Of a stretch of DNA of 64,000 nt, positions 61,431 through 64,000 are shown piece by piece. Below the pieces are notes generated by a model. That model worked only from the letters and a program-made list of their open reading frames with translations, ran no database searches and was not told the DNA's origin. The stretch spans positions 2,752,001 through 2,816,000 of the forward strand of contig OZ244621.1 of the NCBI GenBank assembly GCA_965218425.1, given 5' to 3'. The position numbers and the translations under genes are program-made. The stretch is from an uncultured Candidatus Binatia bacterium (GTDB taxonomy: Bacteria > Desulfobacterota > Binatia > UBA9968 > CAXXLF01). Numbering within the stretch: the stretch's first letter is position 1; every line of letters starts with the position of its first letter.

Positions 61431-62258
61431 TCACTTCGTTCCGACACCGATGAGCATTTCGCCTGGTAACTCACATCCCTTCGGCCCCTCAAAGCGGCGT
61501 AGTTGCTGCTCAAATTCCACGCAGGCCTGTTCACGCTCGGCCTCGCTCAGCTTGGCCAAAGGTTTCTCAAGCATATAACCACCTGTCTTAATCCTGCGGC
61601 TAACCTCGGCGCTAGACGGAAACCAACGTTGCACAGCGACCGTATGTACAGCGACATGGGAAAAGCCGCCATCTCTGAAGGCATTCTCAAAAAGAGAGGA
61701 TTCGCTGAGCGCGAACATGGGTGGCACTGTGCCTCCCAAGCGGTGGACCACCGCCAAAGGAATTCCCTCGTAAGGGTTCTTCTCCGCCGTTGAACGGACG
61801 AGGGCTACGACTTTTCCTCCTGGCTCTACTACTCGAAGCATCCCTCTCAGCGCTTTCGGTGGATTGGAGAGCAGCATCAAGCCTAACCGGCAGATGACTG
61901 CGTCGAAGGAGTCCGCGCCCAGGTCAAGGTTCTCGGCATCCATGAGGCGCGTCTCCACGTTGGTTAAGCCCGCCGTTCGCATTGCCTTAGCAGCGCCATT
62001 CAGCATGCTAGAAGAATTGTCTGTGGCCAACACATAGCCCTTAGGACCTACGCGCCGAGCGGCTAATAGGGTTTGGTCTCCCATTCCACACGCCACGTCG
62101 AGCACACGGATACCTGTCCGAACACCAGCCAGGTCGAGCATCATTTCTGTTGCTGGACCATAGACCTTGCCACGCTCGGCTTGCCTGATGCTCCACCGTT
62201 CGGCCCGCTCATTCCAGTTAATGCTTGTCTCACTAGAATCAGTTGATTTGGCGGTCAT
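61431..62258 (-). CDS. Class I SAM-dependent methyltransferase
   Basis: VLDVACGMG, SFDAVICRLG. Confidence 0.9.
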   Translation of the reverse strand: MTAKSTDSSETSINWNERAERWSIRQAERGKVYGPATEMMLDLAGVRTGIRVLDVACGMGDQTLLAARRVGPKGYVLATDNSSSMLNGAAKAMRTAGLTNVETRLMDAENLDLGADSFDAVICRLGLMLLSNPPKALRGMLRVVEPGGKVVALVRSTAEKNPYEGIPLAVVHRLGGTVPPMFALSESSLFENAFRDGGFSHVAVHTVAVQRWFPSSAEVSRRIKTGGYMLEKPLAKLSEAEREQACVEFEQQLRRFEGPKGCELPGEMLIGVGTK

Positions 62259-62312
62259 CGTCTTTTCTTTCCGAATTGCTCTGAAATAAAGCGACTTGAC
62301 TCTATGTTGAAT

Positions 62313-62600
62313 TCAATCCTGCTGGAGTGGCTCGCCGTGAGTTTCCCTTACCAATTTCTGTACTCTTTGATTTAAATCCTCGTTAAGCATGCCGCGCCAA
62401 CCGGGCACCTGTTTATCAAGGTTTACCCGAACCATGCGATCGATGAGAGGGACGACATAGATAATACCGGGTCCCCGGGTTCCCAATGACATGCCCAGTC
62501 TGAAAATCACGGCACGTTCATTTTCCCGCAGGACCCGAGCCCCGAAGAGGATTAGGATCACGATTAGAATAAGAATCGAAGGTCCAAACTCTTGAAGCAT
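62313..62600 (-). CDS. Short stomatin/SPFH N-terminal-like membrane protein
   Basis: TM then ENERAVIFRLG..GPGIIYVVPLIDRMVRV; SD GGAGAGG. Confidence 0.65.
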   Translation of the reverse strand: MLQEFGPSILILIVILILFGARVLRENERAVIFRLGMSLGTRGPGIIYVVPLIDRMVRVNLDKQVPGWRGMLNEDLNQRVQKLVRETHGEPLQQD

Positions 62601-62879
62601 TATCCTCTCCTCTGGTTTGTTCCTTTCTGAAATGACGTCACGCGGTAAACGACAAAACACCCATATCACTTTGGAGATGGGTGTCAATAATTCAATGTCG
62701 CAGTTAGGCCTGTTGTGTGAACGGGATTCATTTTTCGCTCCCGCTTGTGTTCCGCTATCACTGGCCGAATTTCCAGTGGAATCCGAAAAAGCTGGCCGGT
62801 CCGCTAGCGCGGTTACGCCATCGCCAAGGCCGTTTGATCGGTCGGATGGAGACCTTGGGCTTCTCATTGCGGGAGGAAG

Positions 62880-63236
62880 CAACGCTGCAAAGGTAGTCTG
62901 AATATCACTCCCTGGTTGGAATGGTTTCTCAGTTGCCTCGACCGCGCCTTTGGCCATGCGGAAGAAATCATTGGTGGCGTCCTGGTTAAACCCCGTTTTT
63001 GGGAAATGCATGCCAGCACATCGCTCAATGACCGCCAGCGAATGATGCTGGACAAGCCGCTGGACGGGTTTGAGGGCAAACTTACGACGTCCAAATGGGC
63101 GACGATGGCCCAATGCTCACAGGATACAGCCTTACATGACATACAAGACCTAATCAATCGGGGTATTCTTGCCAAAGAGCCCGGCGGGGGGCGCAGCACC
63201 AGTTATTCCTTGACGCAGCCGGAGGGGCTTCAATAG
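62880..63236 (+). pseudogene. C-terminal fragment of a Fic (DUF4172-type) protein
   Basis: ITPWLEWFL..LNDRQR..DGFEGKLTTSKWA..DTALHDIQDL..GGRSTSY. Confidence 0.75.
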
Positions 63237-63589
63237 TACAAAAGCCACCGGCGTGGCACTGAAGAGCGTGTGGCCTTTCGATCTACCAGTGGCGATGGGT
63301 TTTATCCGAGGGCACAGGCAGCGCCCTGGTGTTATATGCCTTGGGTCACGCAAAAGGAGCCTCTTTTGATTTCCCGCTACAGGTAATGGAGAAATTGAGC
63401 GATGGGTTCAGTGCAGAGCGATGGCTCCAAAAGGTCCGTCTGGTACCCTAATGACACCCTAGCCTTTCTGATAGAGAAATTCTTGTCCTCCTAAGACTTG
63501 TCTTCCAACTGAGGACCTTTGGGGATGGATGAATCCCCCCGCCGCACCACTCACCAGTTGTCAGCCAAATCCGGACGGGTAAGGTACGT

Positions 63590-63926
63590 ATCTTACTTAC
63601 TATCTATGAGGCAGAGAAAAGGCTGGATTTCCCGGGGTCTCCCGATTCCCGAAAGTACTCTCACATCAAAAAGGTTGAAAGGAGCCAACGAAGATGGCCC
63701 CGTTGAGATCGAGGCCTATAAGTGGCTCGAAAACGAGAGAAACAAAAGTAGTTGGCTACTTGGGGACGTGAGATTGCTGAAACAATGGAACCAGACACTC
63801 ACGCTGCTATGGTTTGAGGAGGGCGCCGACAAGGAACAGATGGAGCGCCTCGAGGAAGATGAAGACCCCGGGTTGCGGGAACTGGACGGCACGCTACCGT
63901 GGCCGGGAAAACGCAGGAGGAAATGA
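63590..63926 (+). pseudogene. C-terminal fragment, possibly of an ImmA/IrrE-type metallopeptidase
   Basis: TLTLLWFE..LRELDGTLPWPGKRRRK; no HEXXH region visible. Confidence 0.35.
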
Positions 63927-64000
63927 CCTCTTTTAGTCAAAGATCGCCTTGAACAACAGGGCGAGCCTAATCCTATCGGTGGCCTCTAAACCAATCCACC

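Overview
The window has two halves. About 0.25-40 kb is a mosaic accessory island that starts at a tRNA 3'-end fragment (att-like). It holds a complete Myxococcus-type (Cmx8) type I-B CRISPR-Cas locus with a 16-repeat array, other defence genes (decayed Abi, HTH-Fic, DUF4268 nuclease, MmeI-like R-M, Mrr), IS3, IS110 and other IS remnants, amtB and many gene fragments. Between 430 and 34930 the cargo is punctuated by about 20 copies of three short sequence modules that end in GGGGTCA/TGACCCC-type motifs. Module C looks like the 5' end of a REP-associated HUH Y1 transposase (RAYT) gene, module A looks like the 3' end of such a gene, and module B is an IS110 leader hairpin plus about 25 codons. 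Neighbouring genes are cut at or close to these ends, and the CRISPR-Cas locus sits between two direct copies. This suggests an undescribed RAYT-end-delimited gene-capture/cassette system. About 40-64 kb looks like resident chromosome: a bactofilin pair and a large aromatic/N-heterocycle catabolic cluster (HpaB-like monooxygenase, gentisate-dioxygenase-like cupin, amidohydrolase, Zn-ADH, two UbiD, two Mo-hydroxylase large subunits plus FAD and 2Fe-2S subunits, and an atypical alpha/beta hydrolase). All product calls come from motif recognition by eye; no searches were run.
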